From NCBI GenBank assembly GCA_964474975.1, contig CAYYUX010000003.1:1-58905 (forward strand): a DNA stretch of 58,905 bases, written 5' to 3'. Source of the stretch: an uncultured Thermodesulfobacteriota bacterium (GTDB taxonomy: Bacteria > Desulfobacterota > GWC2-55-46 > JADFVP01). The position numbers and the translations under genes were made by a program. The notes beneath the pieces were generated by a model. That model did not search any database, had not been told where the DNA came from, and saw only the letters and a list, made by a program, of their open reading frames with translations. This document shows, in pieces, positions 18,816 to 28,841 of the stretch (positions are counted from its first letter, which is position 1; each line of letters starts with the position of its first letter).

Positions 18816-19382
18816 ATAAGGCTTTTTGTCGCCTTAAATATCCCTGATGAACTGAGGGAGGTCTTACGCGGCGTTCAATCAAGACTCAGGGCCTGCACCG
18901 GGCGTATATCCCTGGTAAGGCCCGCCAATATCCACATTACGCTGAAGTTTCTCGGCGATACGGAGGAGCAGAGGCTTCGTCTCCTCATAGAGGCCCTTTG
19001 CACTATATCTGCTTCAACGCGCCCCTTTGAGCTTGGTTCCGGGAGGCTCGGAGCCTTTCCATCAATGAAGGCTCCGCGCAGTCTCTGGGTCGGCGTAGAT
19101 GAAAGTACTGAGCTGAGAGCGCTTAAAGAGGCATTGGAGGCGGCACTATTAAGGGCAGGCTTCGAGAAGGATAAGAAGGCCTTTCGCCCTCACCTCACCC
19201 TCTGCAGAATCAGGTCAAAGGCGGCTTCAAAGTCCATAGCGGCCATGGCAGGCCCCATTGAGGTAGAAAAAAAGGTTGCTTTTGTTGTGGACCGCTTCGT
19301 ATTATATAAAAGTATACTAAGCCCTTCCGGGGCACGATACGAAATTATAAGAGAGTTTCCATTTGAGGGGAAAGGGGCGTAG
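18816..19382 (+). CDS. thpR: RNA 2',3'-cyclic phosphodiesterase (2H family); start at ATA 18816 inferred
   Basis: Open frame from 18816 reads IRLFVALNIP...NIHITLKFLG...GAFPSMKAPRSLW...FRPHLTLCR with both HxT motifs, 188 aa. The ORF track captured only the C-terminal half, from ATG 19065. Confidence 0.9.
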   Translation: MRLFVALNIPDELREVLRGVQSRLRACTGRISLVRPANIHITLKFLGDTEEQRLRLLIEALCTISASTRPFELGSGRLGAFPSMKAPRSLWVGVDESTELRALKEALEAALLRAGFEKDKKAFRPHLTLCRIRSKAASKSIAAMAGPIEVEKKVAFVVDRFVLYKSILSPSGARYEIIREFPFEGKGA

Positions 19383-19408
19383 CATCTTAATTTCAGGAGG
19401 TTCCACTG

Positions 19409-20425
19409 ATGGCTGGCAATAAAGAAAACAACAAGAGCAAGGCCATTAACCTGGCCATTGGTCAGATAGAGAAGCAATTCGGCAAGGGTTCCATCATGCG
19501 GCTCGGAGAAAACGACGTAGTAACGGGCGTATCATCCATCTCCACAGGTTCGCCGTCGCTGGACATTGCCCTCGGCATAGGAGGCGTGCCGCGCGGACGA
19601 GTAGTCGAGATATACGGCCCAGAGTCTTCGGGAAAGACTACACTTTCTCTCCATATATCGGCAGAGGCGCAAAAAGCAGGCGGCACAGTGGCCTTCGTCG
19701 ACGCGGAGCACGCCCTTGACCTCGCTTACGCGCGCCTTATAGGCGTCAATACCGACGACCTCCTCCTGTCTCAGCCCGATACAGGCGAGCAGGCCCTTGA
19801 GATAACGGATATCCTCATTAGGAGCGGGGCCGTAGACCTTATTGTAGTTGACTCCGTAGCGGCCCTTGTACCGCGGGCAGAGCTTGAGGGTGATATGGGA
19901 GACGCTCACATGGGTCTTCAGGCACGTCTCATGAGTCAGGCCCTCCGTAAACTCACATCCACCATCAGCAAATCAAAGACCTGCGTCATATTCATCAACC
20001 AGATACGCCACAAGATAGGCGTCTTCTTCGGGAGCCCCGAGACCACCACAGGCGGCAACGCGCTTAAGTTCTACGCCTCCGTAAGGATGGACATAAGGAG
20101 AATAGGCCAGATAAAACAGGGCGACGCCATCATCGGCAACAGGATAAAGGTAAAGGTCGTAAAAAACAAGATGGCCCCGCCCTTTAAGATTGCGGAGTTC
20201 GATATTCTCTTCAACGAGGGCATCTCCCGCGAGGGAGACCTCCTCGACCTTGCCGTGAAGTCCGATATAGTGGACAAGAGCGGTTCATGGTTTTCCTACA
20301 ACGGCGACCGGCTCGGTCAGGGTAGAGAGGCCGTAAGAAAATTCCTGAGAGACAACCCCGCCACCTCCAAGGAGATTGAGGGGGCCGTATTCAAGCAATT
20401 TAATCTGCATACTGAAGAGGCATAA
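19409..20425 (+). CDS. recA: Recombinase RecA
   Basis: [57 protein letters not shown]. Confidence 0.99.
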   Translation: MAGNKENNKSKAINLAIGQIEKQFGKGSIMRLGENDVVTGVSSISTGSPSLDIALGIGGVPRGRVVEIYGPESSGKTTLSLHISAEAQKAGGTVAFVDAEHALDLAYARLIGVNTDDLLLSQPDTGEQALEITDILIRSGAVDLIVVDSVAALVPRAELEGDMGDAHMGLQARLMSQALRKLTSTISKSKTCVIFINQIRHKIGVFFGSPETTTGGNALKFYASVRMDIRRIGQIKQGDAIIGNRIKVKVVKNKMAPPFKIAEFDILFNEGISREGDLLDLAVKSDIVDKSGSWFSYNGDRLGQGREAVRKFLRDNPATSKEIEGAVFKQFNLHTEEA

Positions 20426-20427
20426 CC

Positions 20428-21606
20428 ATGGCAGGACTCGATCTCAGCGCCGTACTGGGCTTTGCCGTAAAGCAAAAGGCCTCTGATGTACATATCAAGG
20501 CGGGCATGCCGCCCATACTGCGCCTCAGCGGCCGCCTCGTGCCGATAAAGAACCACGAGCGTCTCGCTCCCGTTGAGGTAGCCAATACCGCCCTTGCCAT
20601 AATGAACGAGACACAGAAAGAGACCTTCAGAAGGGAGCATCAGGTAGACCTTGCCTACAGCGTCCCCGGTCTCGGAAGGTTCCGCGTCAATATCTTCAAC
20701 CAGCGCGGCGCCGCGGGCATCGTATTCAGGGTCATTCCAATCAATATACTCTCCTTCGAGGACCTGCATCTTCCCGAGGTCTTCCATAAGATAGCTGAAG
20801 AGATGCGGGGCCTCATCCTCGTCACAGGCGTTACGGGTAGCGGTAAATCCACAACGCTTGCGTCTATTATCGACTATATTAACAACAAACGCTCTGCCCA
20901 TATTATTTCCATAGAAGACCCTATAGAGTTTCTTCATAAGGACAAATTCTGCCTCATCAACCAGCGTGAGGTGGGCTTCGATACCCTTGGCTTTGCCGAT
21001 GCCCTCAGGGGTGCATTAAGACAGGACCCTGACATAATAATGGTTGGCGAGATGCGCGACAAGGACACCATTGAGACTGCCCTTACCGCCGCCGAGACAG
21101 GTCATCTCGTACTCTCCACCCTCCATACCATAGACGCCGTAGAGACTATCAACCGAATAGTCACTACCTTTCCGCCATACCAGCAGAAACAGATCCGCAT
21201 TCAGCTCGCAAGTGTTGTAAAGGCCATCATATCCCAGCGCCTCATACCGACAAGCGACGGCAACGAACGTGTTCCCGCAGTTGAGGTACTCATGAGTACG
21301 GCACGGATTCGTGAGTGTATCGAGGACAAGGAAAAAACCAAAAAAATATTCGACGCCATCTCAAAAGGGCACTCCACATACGGCATGCAGACCTTTGACC
21401 AGTCCATTCTATCGCTCCTTCATAAAGGACTTATCACCTATAACGAGGCATTACTGCAGTCTTCAAACCCCGCTGACTTTGAGCTGAAAGTGAAGGGAGT
21501 TGTATCAACAAGCGACACGGAATGGGAGGGTTTTGAGAAGGACACCGACGAAGATACTGACGAGGAAACACCTCAGGCAAATCTTGACGACATAGAACGC
21601 TTCTGA
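20428..21606 (+). CDS. pilT: Type IV pilus retraction ATPase, PilT family
   Basis: ASDVH, GRFRVN, GVTGSGKST (Walker A), IEDPIE, INQREVG, ALRQDPDIIMVGEMRD, TAAETGHLVLSTLHT, GMQTFDQ; acidic C-terminal tail. Confidence 0.95.
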   Translation: MAGLDLSAVLGFAVKQKASDVHIKAGMPPILRLSGRLVPIKNHERLAPVEVANTALAIMNETQKETFRREHQVDLAYSVPGLGRFRVNIFNQRGAAGIVFRVIPINILSFEDLHLPEVFHKIAEEMRGLILVTGVTGSGKSTTLASIIDYINNKRSAHIISIEDPIEFLHKDKFCLINQREVGFDTLGFADALRGALRQDPDIIMVGEMRDKDTIETALTAAETGHLVLSTLHTIDAVETINRIVTTFPPYQQKQIRIQLASVVKAIISQRLIPTSDGNERVPAVEVLMSTARIRECIEDKEKTKKIFDAISKGHSTYGMQTFDQSILSLLHKGLITYNEALLQSSNPADFELKVKGVVSTSDTEWEGFEKDTDEDTDEETPQANLDDIERF

Positions 21607-21616
21607 GTAAAGACGC

Positions 21617-22108
21617 ATGGGAAAGAAAAACAAATCCACGCCCCTTGCCGTTGCCCTACGCCTCTTATATTACAGAGACAGGACCATCGGGGGGCTTAAA
21701 AAAAAACTCGTTGAAAAAGGTCTCACTGAAGATGAGATTACACCCGTCATCGAGACGCTGACAAAAGACGGCCTTCTTAACGATGAGCGATACGCAGGAG
21801 ACCTTGCATCTTCAAGGATAAGAAACAAGCAGTGGGGGCCGCGTAAGATTTCCATGGACCTTATGAGAAAAGGCGTTCCAAGAGATATTGCCGATAAGGT
21901 CGTCTCAAGTCTCAGTAAAGAATCCGTTGAACATGCCGCCCTTAAGGCCCTGAAAAAATGGACGGCCCGCAAGGGGCTATGCCTCTCGGAAGGACTTGAA
22001 GCTTCGGACTTCAAAAAAGCCTCACAACATCTTGAGTCGCGCGGTTTTTCTGGTGAGCTAATACTCCGGCTCCTCCACAACACCGAGAATAGGACTATAG
22101 CGGAATAA
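21617..22108 (+). CDS. recX: Regulatory protein RecX
   Basis: ALRLL..RDRT..L..KL, LLNDERYA, WGPRKI..DL..KG, HLESRGFS; lies between recA/pilT and alaS. Confidence 0.9.
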   Translation: MGKKNKSTPLAVALRLLYYRDRTIGGLKKKLVEKGLTEDEITPVIETLTKDGLLNDERYAGDLASSRIRNKQWGPRKISMDLMRKGVPRDIADKVVSSLSKESVEHAALKALKKWTARKGLCLSEGLEASDFKKASQHLESRGFSGELILRLLHNTENRTIAE

Positions 22109-22160
22109 AACGGTTTGAGCTTACAAAACCGGTAAACTTAAAAGAAAAAGGTCTGTCTTC

Positions 22161-24803
22161 ATGAAGTCATTGGATATAAGAAAGGCTTTTCTTGATTACT
22201 TTGCCGCAAGGAAACATAAAGAGGTCTCATCATCTGGCCTTGTCCCTGCCATGGACCCCACACTGCTCTTTACCAACGCCGGCATGGTGCAGTTCAAAAG
22301 TGTTTTTCTCGGTGAAGAGCAACGGGATTACAAACGGGCCGTAACATGTCAAAAATGCATGCGCGCAGGGGGTAAGCACAACGACCTTGAAAACGTCGGA
22401 AATACGGCTCGCCACCACACCTTCTTTGAGATGCTCGGCAACTTCTCCTTCGGCGACTACTTTAAAGAGGCCGCAACAGAGTACGCATGGGATTTTCTCA
22501 CTAATGTCATGGCGCTTCCCATAGACAAACTCTGGGTCACCGTATTTGAAGACGACGATGAAGCCCGCCGTATCTGGATAGAAGACCGGGGAGTCTCTGC
22601 CGACAGAGTCGTGCGCCTTGGTGCTAAAGACAACTTCTGGTCCATGGGCGATACTGGTCCCTGCGGGCCATGCTCGGAGATACTCATAGACCAGGGCGCC
22701 GAACTTGGCTGTGGAGGCCCCGATTGCCGCGTGGGATGCGATTGCGACCGCTACCTTGAGATATGGAACCTGGTCTTCATGCAGTACAACCGCGAGAGCG
22801 GCGGAAAACTCACGCCCCTCGAACGCCCCTCCATTGATACGGGCATGGGCCTTGAGCGCCTCACCGCCGTTATGCAGGGCGTAAAGTCAAATTACGACAC
22901 AGACCTCTTCACCCCTATCATAGACCGCATAAGAGGGCTTATCCCCGGCCATGCCGACCTTGAAGCAGACTCTGATAATTCCATCAAGGCAATAGCCGAC
23001 CACGCTCGGGCCATTACATTTCTCATCGCAGAGGGAGTTCTTCCGGGCAACACGGGCAGAAGCTACGTGCTTCGCCGCATAATAAGGCGGGCGCTTCGTC
23101 ACGGACGTTTTATCGGACTTCATGAGCCCTTTCTCGGCCCTGTTATTTCCACTGTAATTGAGATAATGAGCCCCGTGTACACGGAAATAAAAGAAAAAGA
23201 ACCTCTGATTCATCGGGCAGTCAATGCCGAGGAAGAAAACTTTCTCCAGACCCTTGAGAGGGGTCTTGAGATGCTCGATGCCGAAGTAGCGGCCCTGAAA
23301 AAGAAAGAGACAACCATAATCCCAGGTTCCTTTGCCTTCAAGCTCTACGACACCTACGGCTTTCCCGTGGATCTTACGGCCGATATCGTTAAAAAAACCG
23401 GACTCACCGTAGACGAAGAGGGTTTCAATTCCGCTATGGCCGAACAGAGAAAAAAGGCCCGTCTTGCATGGAAGGGCGGCGCCGAAGCCGAGGGAGGAGA
23501 CCTCTACAGGTCTCTTGCCAGGACGGGTCTCAAAACGGCCTTTACCGGTTATGCCTCGAATAACTCCACATCAAGGGTACTGCATATCATAAAAGGCGAG
23601 GTAAGCATTGAATCGGCCGACGCCGGTGATAAAGTGGATATTGTTACGGAAGAGACGCCATTCTATGGAGAATCAGGCGGTCAGGTTGGCGACACGGGCA
23701 TTATACGGGCAGAAGGCCTTGAGATAGAGGTTCTGAATACGACAAAACCCATGCCGAATATTTTTGTACACCACTGCCTGATAAAAAAAGGGACGCTGAA
23801 GGTTGACGCCCCCGTGGAGCTCCTGCCCGATGTAAAACGCAGAGACGACATACGCAGAAACCATACGGCCACGCACATCGTACACGCCGCGCTCCGCAGT
23901 CTCATAGGCGAGCATGTGCATCAATCGGGCTCCCTTGTCACCCCCCATGGTTTCCGCTTTGACTTCAGCCACTTTTCCGCACTCACCTTCGAGGAGATAA
24001 AAGCCATCGAGATAAAGGCCAACGAGGCGGTCATACAAAACATCAAGGTCAGAACCGATGTAATGGCCTACGATGAGGCCGTAAAAAAAGGCGCACTCGC
24101 CTTTTTTGATGACAAATACGGTGCCACGGTGCGCATGGTCAATGTTCCAGGCATCAGTAAGGAACTCTGCGGAGGCACCCATGTAAACAGGACAGGAGAC
24201 ATCGGTCTCATAAAAATAACAGCCGAAAGCTCTGTTGCCTCAGGCGTGAGACGCATAGAGGCCAAGACAGCCTCAGCCGCCCTTAAAGCCGTGCTTGAGG
24301 ACGAGACTGAGCTAAGAGATGCCGCCCGTGCACTGAAGGTATCAAAGACGCTTGTAGGTGAAAAAATAACTACAATGCTTACGCGCCAGCGCACCATGGA
24401 AAAAGAGATTGATGCACTGAAAAAAAAGGCAATGACCTCGAAGGCAGGAGACAACATGGACGAGGTGCGCGAGATAAACGGCGTAAAGCTCCTAACCGCC
24501 AAGTCCGACGAGACGGACTCTGCCCTCCTTCGTGATATGGCCGATAGCCTGCGGGCCAAGTTAGGCTCAGGTATTATCGTCATCGGGGCCTCATCAGGCA
24601 AAAAGGCCATACTTCTTGTTGCCGTCACAAGAGACCTTACAAAGATATTTAACGCAGGCAACATTGTCAGAACTCTTGCCCCTATCATCGGCGGCAGGGG
24701 CGGCGGAAGGGCAGAGCTTGCGCAGGCAGGCGGAAGCGATGGAGATAAAATAGACGAGGCCCTCGAAAGGGCCGCCGAGACAATTAAAGACCTTGCCCGA
24801 TAA
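22161..24803 (+). CDS. alaS: Alanine--tRNA ligase
   Basis: DPTLLFTNAGMVQFK, RHHTFFEMLGNFSFGDYFK, IDTGMGLER, NHTATH, ELCGGTHV, GGRGGGR. Confidence 0.99.
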   Translation: MKSLDIRKAFLDYFAARKHKEVSSSGLVPAMDPTLLFTNAGMVQFKSVFLGEEQRDYKRAVTCQKCMRAGGKHNDLENVGNTARHHTFFEMLGNFSFGDYFKEAATEYAWDFLTNVMALPIDKLWVTVFEDDDEARRIWIEDRGVSADRVVRLGAKDNFWSMGDTGPCGPCSEILIDQGAELGCGGPDCRVGCDCDRYLEIWNLVFMQYNRESGGKLTPLERPSIDTGMGLERLTAVMQGVKSNYDTDLFTPIIDRIRGLIPGHADLEADSDNSIKAIADHARAITFLIAEGVLPGNTGRSYVLRRIIRRALRHGRFIGLHEPFLGPVISTVIEIMSPVYTEIKEKEPLIHRAVNAEEENFLQTLERGLEMLDAEVAALKKKETTIIPGSFAFKLYDTYGFPVDLTADIVKKTGLTVDEEGFNSAMAEQRKKARLAWKGGAEAEGGDLYRSLARTGLKTAFTGYASNNSTSRVLHIIKGEVSIESADAGDKVDIVTEETPFYGESGGQVGDTGIIRAEGLEIEVLNTTKPMPNIFVHHCLIKKGTLKVDAPVELLPDVKRRDDIRRNHTATHIVHAALRSLIGEHVHQSGSLVTPHGFRFDFSHFSALTFEEIKAIEIKANEAVIQNIKVRTDVMAYDEAVKKGALAFFDDKYGATVRMVNVPGISKELCGGTHVNRTGDIGLIKITAESSVASGVRRIEAKTASAALKAVLEDETELRDAARALKVSKTLVGEKITTMLTRQRTMEKEIDALKKKAMTSKAGDNMDEVREINGVKLLTAKSDETDSALLRDMADSLRAKLGSGIIVIGASSGKKAILLVAVTRDLTKIFNAGNIVRTLAPIIGGRGGGRAELAQAGGSDGDKIDEALERAAETIKDLAR

Positions 24804-24807
24804 ACCT

Positions 24808-24837
24808 CGCGCTTTCTCTTGAAAAAAAGAAAGCGCG
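24808..24837. terminator. Hairpin between convergent alaS and bamD
   Basis: CGCGCTTTCT / AGAAAGCGCG 10-bp stem starting 5 nt after the alaS stop. Confidence 0.55.
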
Positions 24838-24945
24838 GCAGATAAAAGCACAAAGAGAGTAAAGCTTATTCCCCCCCCCGCACTACATCCTGCGCCGCGC
24901 AGTACCTCAAAAACCGAATTATTACTGACTAAACAAACCCGCCCA

Positions 24946-25755
24946 TCAGCCGCCCACAATCTTGCGCGCGTCCTTTGTATATGGGCTTGAGGGATAATCA
25001 GAGGTCATTGTACTTAATACTTCTCTGGCAAGGTCTTCTTCGCCAAGCTTGACATAGGACTTCACAATGTAATAGAGAGCCTCGTCAACAATATCGGAGT
25101 GCGGATATTGCTTGAGAATAATCTTTAACCTTGAGAGCGCCCCTCTGTACTTTTTTTTCTTGATATAAAATTTGCCCACATACAGTTCTCTCTCTGCAAG
25201 ACGTTGCCTCAAAAAGGCCACAAGCTCAACGGCCTTGTCGTTATAGGAGGACTCGGGGTAATTCTTTGAGAGGTCCTCAAAGGCGATTATTGCCTTTCTC
25301 GTATTGGTCTGGTCCCTGTCCGCGGAGAGCACCTCGCGGAAAAAACACATGCCCTTCTGAAACAAGGCATATGAGGCCTTGGAGTGCGAGGGATGAAGGG
25401 CGACAAAATCCGTGTAATATACCCTGGCCTCATCATACTTCTCATCGGCGTAGAGGACATCGGCAAGGAGCATCTCTCCCTCAAGGGCGTAGTTACTTAA
25501 GGGGTAACGCTCCATGAGATCGCCTAAAATGCTCTCCGCGTCTTCGTAGTGAATAGCGTGATACTGCTGAACTCCATCATTGTACATCTCTTCGGCATTC
25601 CTGTAACTCTTCTCAATTCCCTTATGAGAAGCGCATCCTGAGATAATAAAAAAACAAAGAAGCATAAGGGCAAGATACACCTCGCGTCCACGGCATAAGA
25701 AGCTTTTTGTGCAGGCAGATAAACGTGCAGACATTGGGAACATATTATTTTTCAC
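24946..25755 (-). CDS. bamD: Outer membrane protein assembly lipoprotein BamD (true start may be downstream of TTG 25755)
   Basis: Lipobox ISGC, TPR repeats (YPLSNYA, FVALHPSH), DRDQTNT, YPESSY, LAERELYVGKFY. Confidence 0.9.
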   Translation of the reverse strand: MKNNMFPMSARLSACTKSFLCRGREVYLALMLLCFFIISGCASHKGIEKSYRNAEEMYNDGVQQYHAIHYEDAESILGDLMERYPLSNYALEGEMLLADVLYADEKYDEARVYYTDFVALHPSHSKASYALFQKGMCFFREVLSADRDQTNTRKAIIAFEDLSKNYPESSYNDKAVELVAFLRQRLAERELYVGKFYIKKKKYRGALSRLKIILKQYPHSDIVDEALYYIVKSYVKLGEEDLAREVLSTMTSDYPSSPYTKDARKIVGG

Positions 25756-25862
25756 CGATAGGATTAAGATTTACCTTTACACAAAAGGCCTGTTATCGCC
25801 ACTCCCCGCCTCTACGGCAAGGAATTTTATATACTTACATATAAGAGGAGATGATTCAAGGG

Positions 25863-27863
25863 TTAAACTATGGGCCTGTGAGAGAAGCTGTTGTTCTCGC
25901 CGGAAGACAAAAGATCAAGTATGCCAGCAACATCGAGAACAAGCACTGACTCGTTATCAACGGCTTCCGAGAGCCCGAGGATACCGCTTATCTTATGTTC
26001 AAAGGGCAAGGGCCTTATTATCATATTAAGCTCTCTCAAGACCTTATCCACGACGAGGCAGAGCCTCGCGGAGCCGATGCTTGCCACGATGGCGTAAGCG
26101 CTCTCTCCTGAAGGTGCTGAAATGTTCTGGAACAATTCCGAGGGCCTAATAGCACGCGTTTTTACATTGTTTATAGTAATAAAGCCCTCGCTGAGAGAGG
26201 CTCCGTCTTTTAATTCCATTACTTCTTCCACAAGAGAGCCGGCAAGGGCAAAGGATTTACCGCCCTCTTCACACATGAGGAGCCCCTTCATCACAGGCGC
26301 TACAGGTATGGTAAGAATAAACCTTGTACCCTTGCCTCGGACTGTCTCCAACTCCACGATCCCGTTCAGCATGGAGACATTTTCCTTCACCACATCAAGG
26401 CCTACACCGCGTCCCGAGGCAAGGTTTATCTCATCTTTGGTGCTAAAGCCCGGCATGAATATGAGGTTAAGCTTATCATGCCTGTTGAGTTCAGAGGCCT
26501 CAGCGTCATCGATGAAACCTTTATTAACGGCGCGTGCGCATATTGCCTCCGGGTCTATACCCCTCCCGTCATCCTTTACCTCGACAACTATCTTCTCACC
26601 CTCATAGTAGGCGCTCAGGGTTATGGTCCCTTCCCTTGACTTTCCGCATGCCAATCTCTTTGCCGGCGGCTCTATTGCGTGTTCCATGACATTTCTGATG
26701 ATATGCATGAGAGGGTCGGCTATCTCCTCGATGACGGTCATATCAAGCTCTGTGTCCTCGCCGTATGTAGTTATGCATATCTCTTGTCCGCGCGCATGGG
26801 CAACCCTCTCGATGTAAGGTTCAAACCTCTTGAAGAGACGCCCTACACGAACCATCTTTATGGCGATAACACACTCGCGCATGCGGGAAAAAGCGGCATT
26901 CAGTTCAGTATCAAACTTTTTAAGATCAAAGGAGCATGCGGCCCCGGCATTTGCTTCGCCTATATCCTTCTTCAACTGCTCGAAAGGCTTCCGCAGAGCC
27001 CTGATATCATCGAGGCACCCCATAAGATGCTCTATCTTCTCTACATCTACACGTATGGTCCTCGCGTTCCTGCGCATGCTCTCGACATAATCAGAGCTCC
27101 CATTGGCAGGAGGGCTCTGCCCTCTCTTATCAAGGGCTTTTACGCCGCCATGACACTCAAGTTCACGTATTTGTACTCCCTCGTTACAGCAAAGCTTCAG
27201 CTCTATATCTCCGGGAGTATCAGATGTGGCGATAAGGGTATCAAAAAACAGATTAGGGCCGTCCTTTCCCCTGGAGGGCAGTGTGGCAATTACCTCTCCT
27301 GTCTTGTTAAGCGCGCCGCTGAATACGCTGTACTCCTCATCGAAGGCGCTTAACTCAAAAGCGGCGTTTACCATTAAAATCCGTTTACCTTCCTTGATAT
27401 TATCGGTTAGCCTGAACCTCTCATATTCTGTAAGAGACGATAATACATCATCTTCAAGGATAATCTCGCCTTTAGGCCCCTTCATCTCGCCGTAATCCAA
27501 GAGAGCAGATATGAGAGCGTTCACCTCGTCACTAAAGCCCGTGTAGGCCCTATTGCCGATAATCCTGCAGAGAAGAGAATGGGCATTGGTTATGGCGGCA
27601 AGACAGTTGTCATCAAGGACAATACGGCCAAGCCTCAGCATGTCGAACTTATCCTCAAGGGCATGGCTGAGCCTTACAATATCAGTGAACTCGAATATGC
27701 TTGAGAGCCCCTTCAGCGTATGGACTGAGCGGAATAGCTTGTTAATCGCGATGTGATCTGCACAACCGGAGTTTACGCTTCGGGCAAGGGCCATAATCTC
27801 ACCCTCCATGGCGCCGAGCAAATCCTCTGCTTCTGCAAGAAACTCTTTTACCTGACTCTTCAC
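25863..27863 (-). CDS. cheA: CheA-like histidine kinase (Hpt-P2-dimerisation-HATPase-CheW), orphan and divergent
   Basis: LFRSVHTLKG Hpt His, TIRVDVEK, DPLMHIIRN, DDGRGID, PGFST, SGRGVGLDVV, GKGTRF. Confidence 0.88.
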   Translation of the reverse strand: MKSQVKEFLAEAEDLLGAMEGEIMALARSVNSGCADHIAINKLFRSVHTLKGLSSIFEFTDIVRLSHALEDKFDMLRLGRIVLDDNCLAAITNAHSLLCRIIGNRAYTGFSDEVNALISALLDYGEMKGPKGEIILEDDVLSSLTEYERFRLTDNIKEGKRILMVNAAFELSAFDEEYSVFSGALNKTGEVIATLPSRGKDGPNLFFDTLIATSDTPGDIELKLCCNEGVQIRELECHGGVKALDKRGQSPPANGSSDYVESMRRNARTIRVDVEKIEHLMGCLDDIRALRKPFEQLKKDIGEANAGAACSFDLKKFDTELNAAFSRMRECVIAIKMVRVGRLFKRFEPYIERVAHARGQEICITTYGEDTELDMTVIEEIADPLMHIIRNVMEHAIEPPAKRLACGKSREGTITLSAYYEGEKIVVEVKDDGRGIDPEAICARAVNKGFIDDAEASELNRHDKLNLIFMPGFSTKDEINLASGRGVGLDVVKENVSMLNGIVELETVRGKGTRFILTIPVAPVMKGLLMCEEGGKSFALAGSLVEEVMELKDGASLSEGFITINNVKTRAIRPSELFQNISAPSGESAYAIVASIGSARLCLVVDKVLRELNMIIRPLPFEHKISGILGLSEAVDNESVLVLDVAGILDLLSSGENNSFSHRPIV

Positions 27864-27924
27864 TTATATCCCACCCCTGTGATACGTAATATACTTAAGC
27901 CACTCTTATATTTTATCACAAAAA

Positions 27925-28602
27925 TTACATTTTAAGAACCTTACAGCCCTGAATGTAAGAAAAAAAATCCCTCAAGCACTCGAATTTACTGATAATAATG
28001 TCACAATTGTTTGTTTTAAGTTCTTCGACAGGCCTGAAACCGTAAGACACCCCAACGGTTAATACACCTGCCGCCGAGCCGGTACGGCAATCAATGGGGC
28101 TGTCTCCCACAAAGACGGTGTCCGCCGGCGCCGTGCCTGCCTCCTCCATAATACGTATCAGCGGTGCGGGGTGAGGTTTTCTCTCAGCAAAGGTATCTCC
28201 TCCCGTTATATTAAAAAAGACGTCGCTAAGTGAAAACGCCTTTATTATCCGACGGCTTAGCGCCTCGGGCTTATTTGTGAGAATAGCCATTTTCTTGCCC
28301 TTTTTTCTGATGCTCAAGAGCGTCTCGAGAACCCCTGGATACAGCCTGGTCTCCACTGTAAGCCTCTCCCCGTAGAAAGCAAGGAATCTCTTTCTCCCTT
28401 CATCTAAATCCAATCCATCGATATCTGGCATGAGCTTTTTCAGGAGCATATTAACACCCCAGCCGATATCATCTTTTATAGCCTCTTTCCCCCGTGGAGG
28501 ACATCCGAATGACTCAAGGGTCCTGTTCGCGGCCGCGGCTATATCACCTGAAGAATCTATAAGCGTGCCGTCAAGATCGAATACAAAGAGCTCTTTTTCC
28601 AT
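27925..28602 (-). CDS. gph: HAD-superfamily hydrolase, phosphoglycolate phosphatase-like
   Basis: FDLDGTLIDS, LTNKP, RKPHPAP, FVGDSPID. Confidence 0.85.
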   Translation of the reverse strand: MEKELFVFDLDGTLIDSSGDIAAAANRTLESFGCPPRGKEAIKDDIGWGVNMLLKKLMPDIDGLDLDEGRKRFLAFYGERLTVETRLYPGVLETLLSIRKKGKKMAILTNKPEALSRRIIKAFSLSDVFFNITGGDTFAERKPHPAPLIRIMEEAGTAPADTVFVGDSPIDCRTGSAAGVLTVGVSYGFRPVEELKTNNCDIIISKFECLRDFFSYIQGCKVLKM

Positions 28603-28841
28603 CTCCGTACCTCAACTCCCGTAAAATTAAATAATTTTACAAGAATAACACATTCCCGCAGAGGCCGCCACCCGTGAGAAGACTCAAAAACCTTCAACCG
28701 CTCCTTACATCTTTACAACCATACTCTCATTTGTTATTATCACAATGCCGATTACATTCCCGGGCCCCGGCCCTCTATACATTTTCCTTCCCGATGTCCC
28801 CTCGATTCAAGGGGCCCGAGGGAGAAAATCAATGGAGATAT

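Noticed and set aside
24068-24853. 261-aa minus-strand ORF
   Set aside because: Antisense shadow of alaS with Ser/Ala-rich composition typical of shadow frames.
28674-28841. 56-aa N-terminal extension of the MEMO ORF
   Set aside because: Non-conserved low-information sequence; the family starts at (M)...RRPAVAG, and ATG 28842 has an SD.
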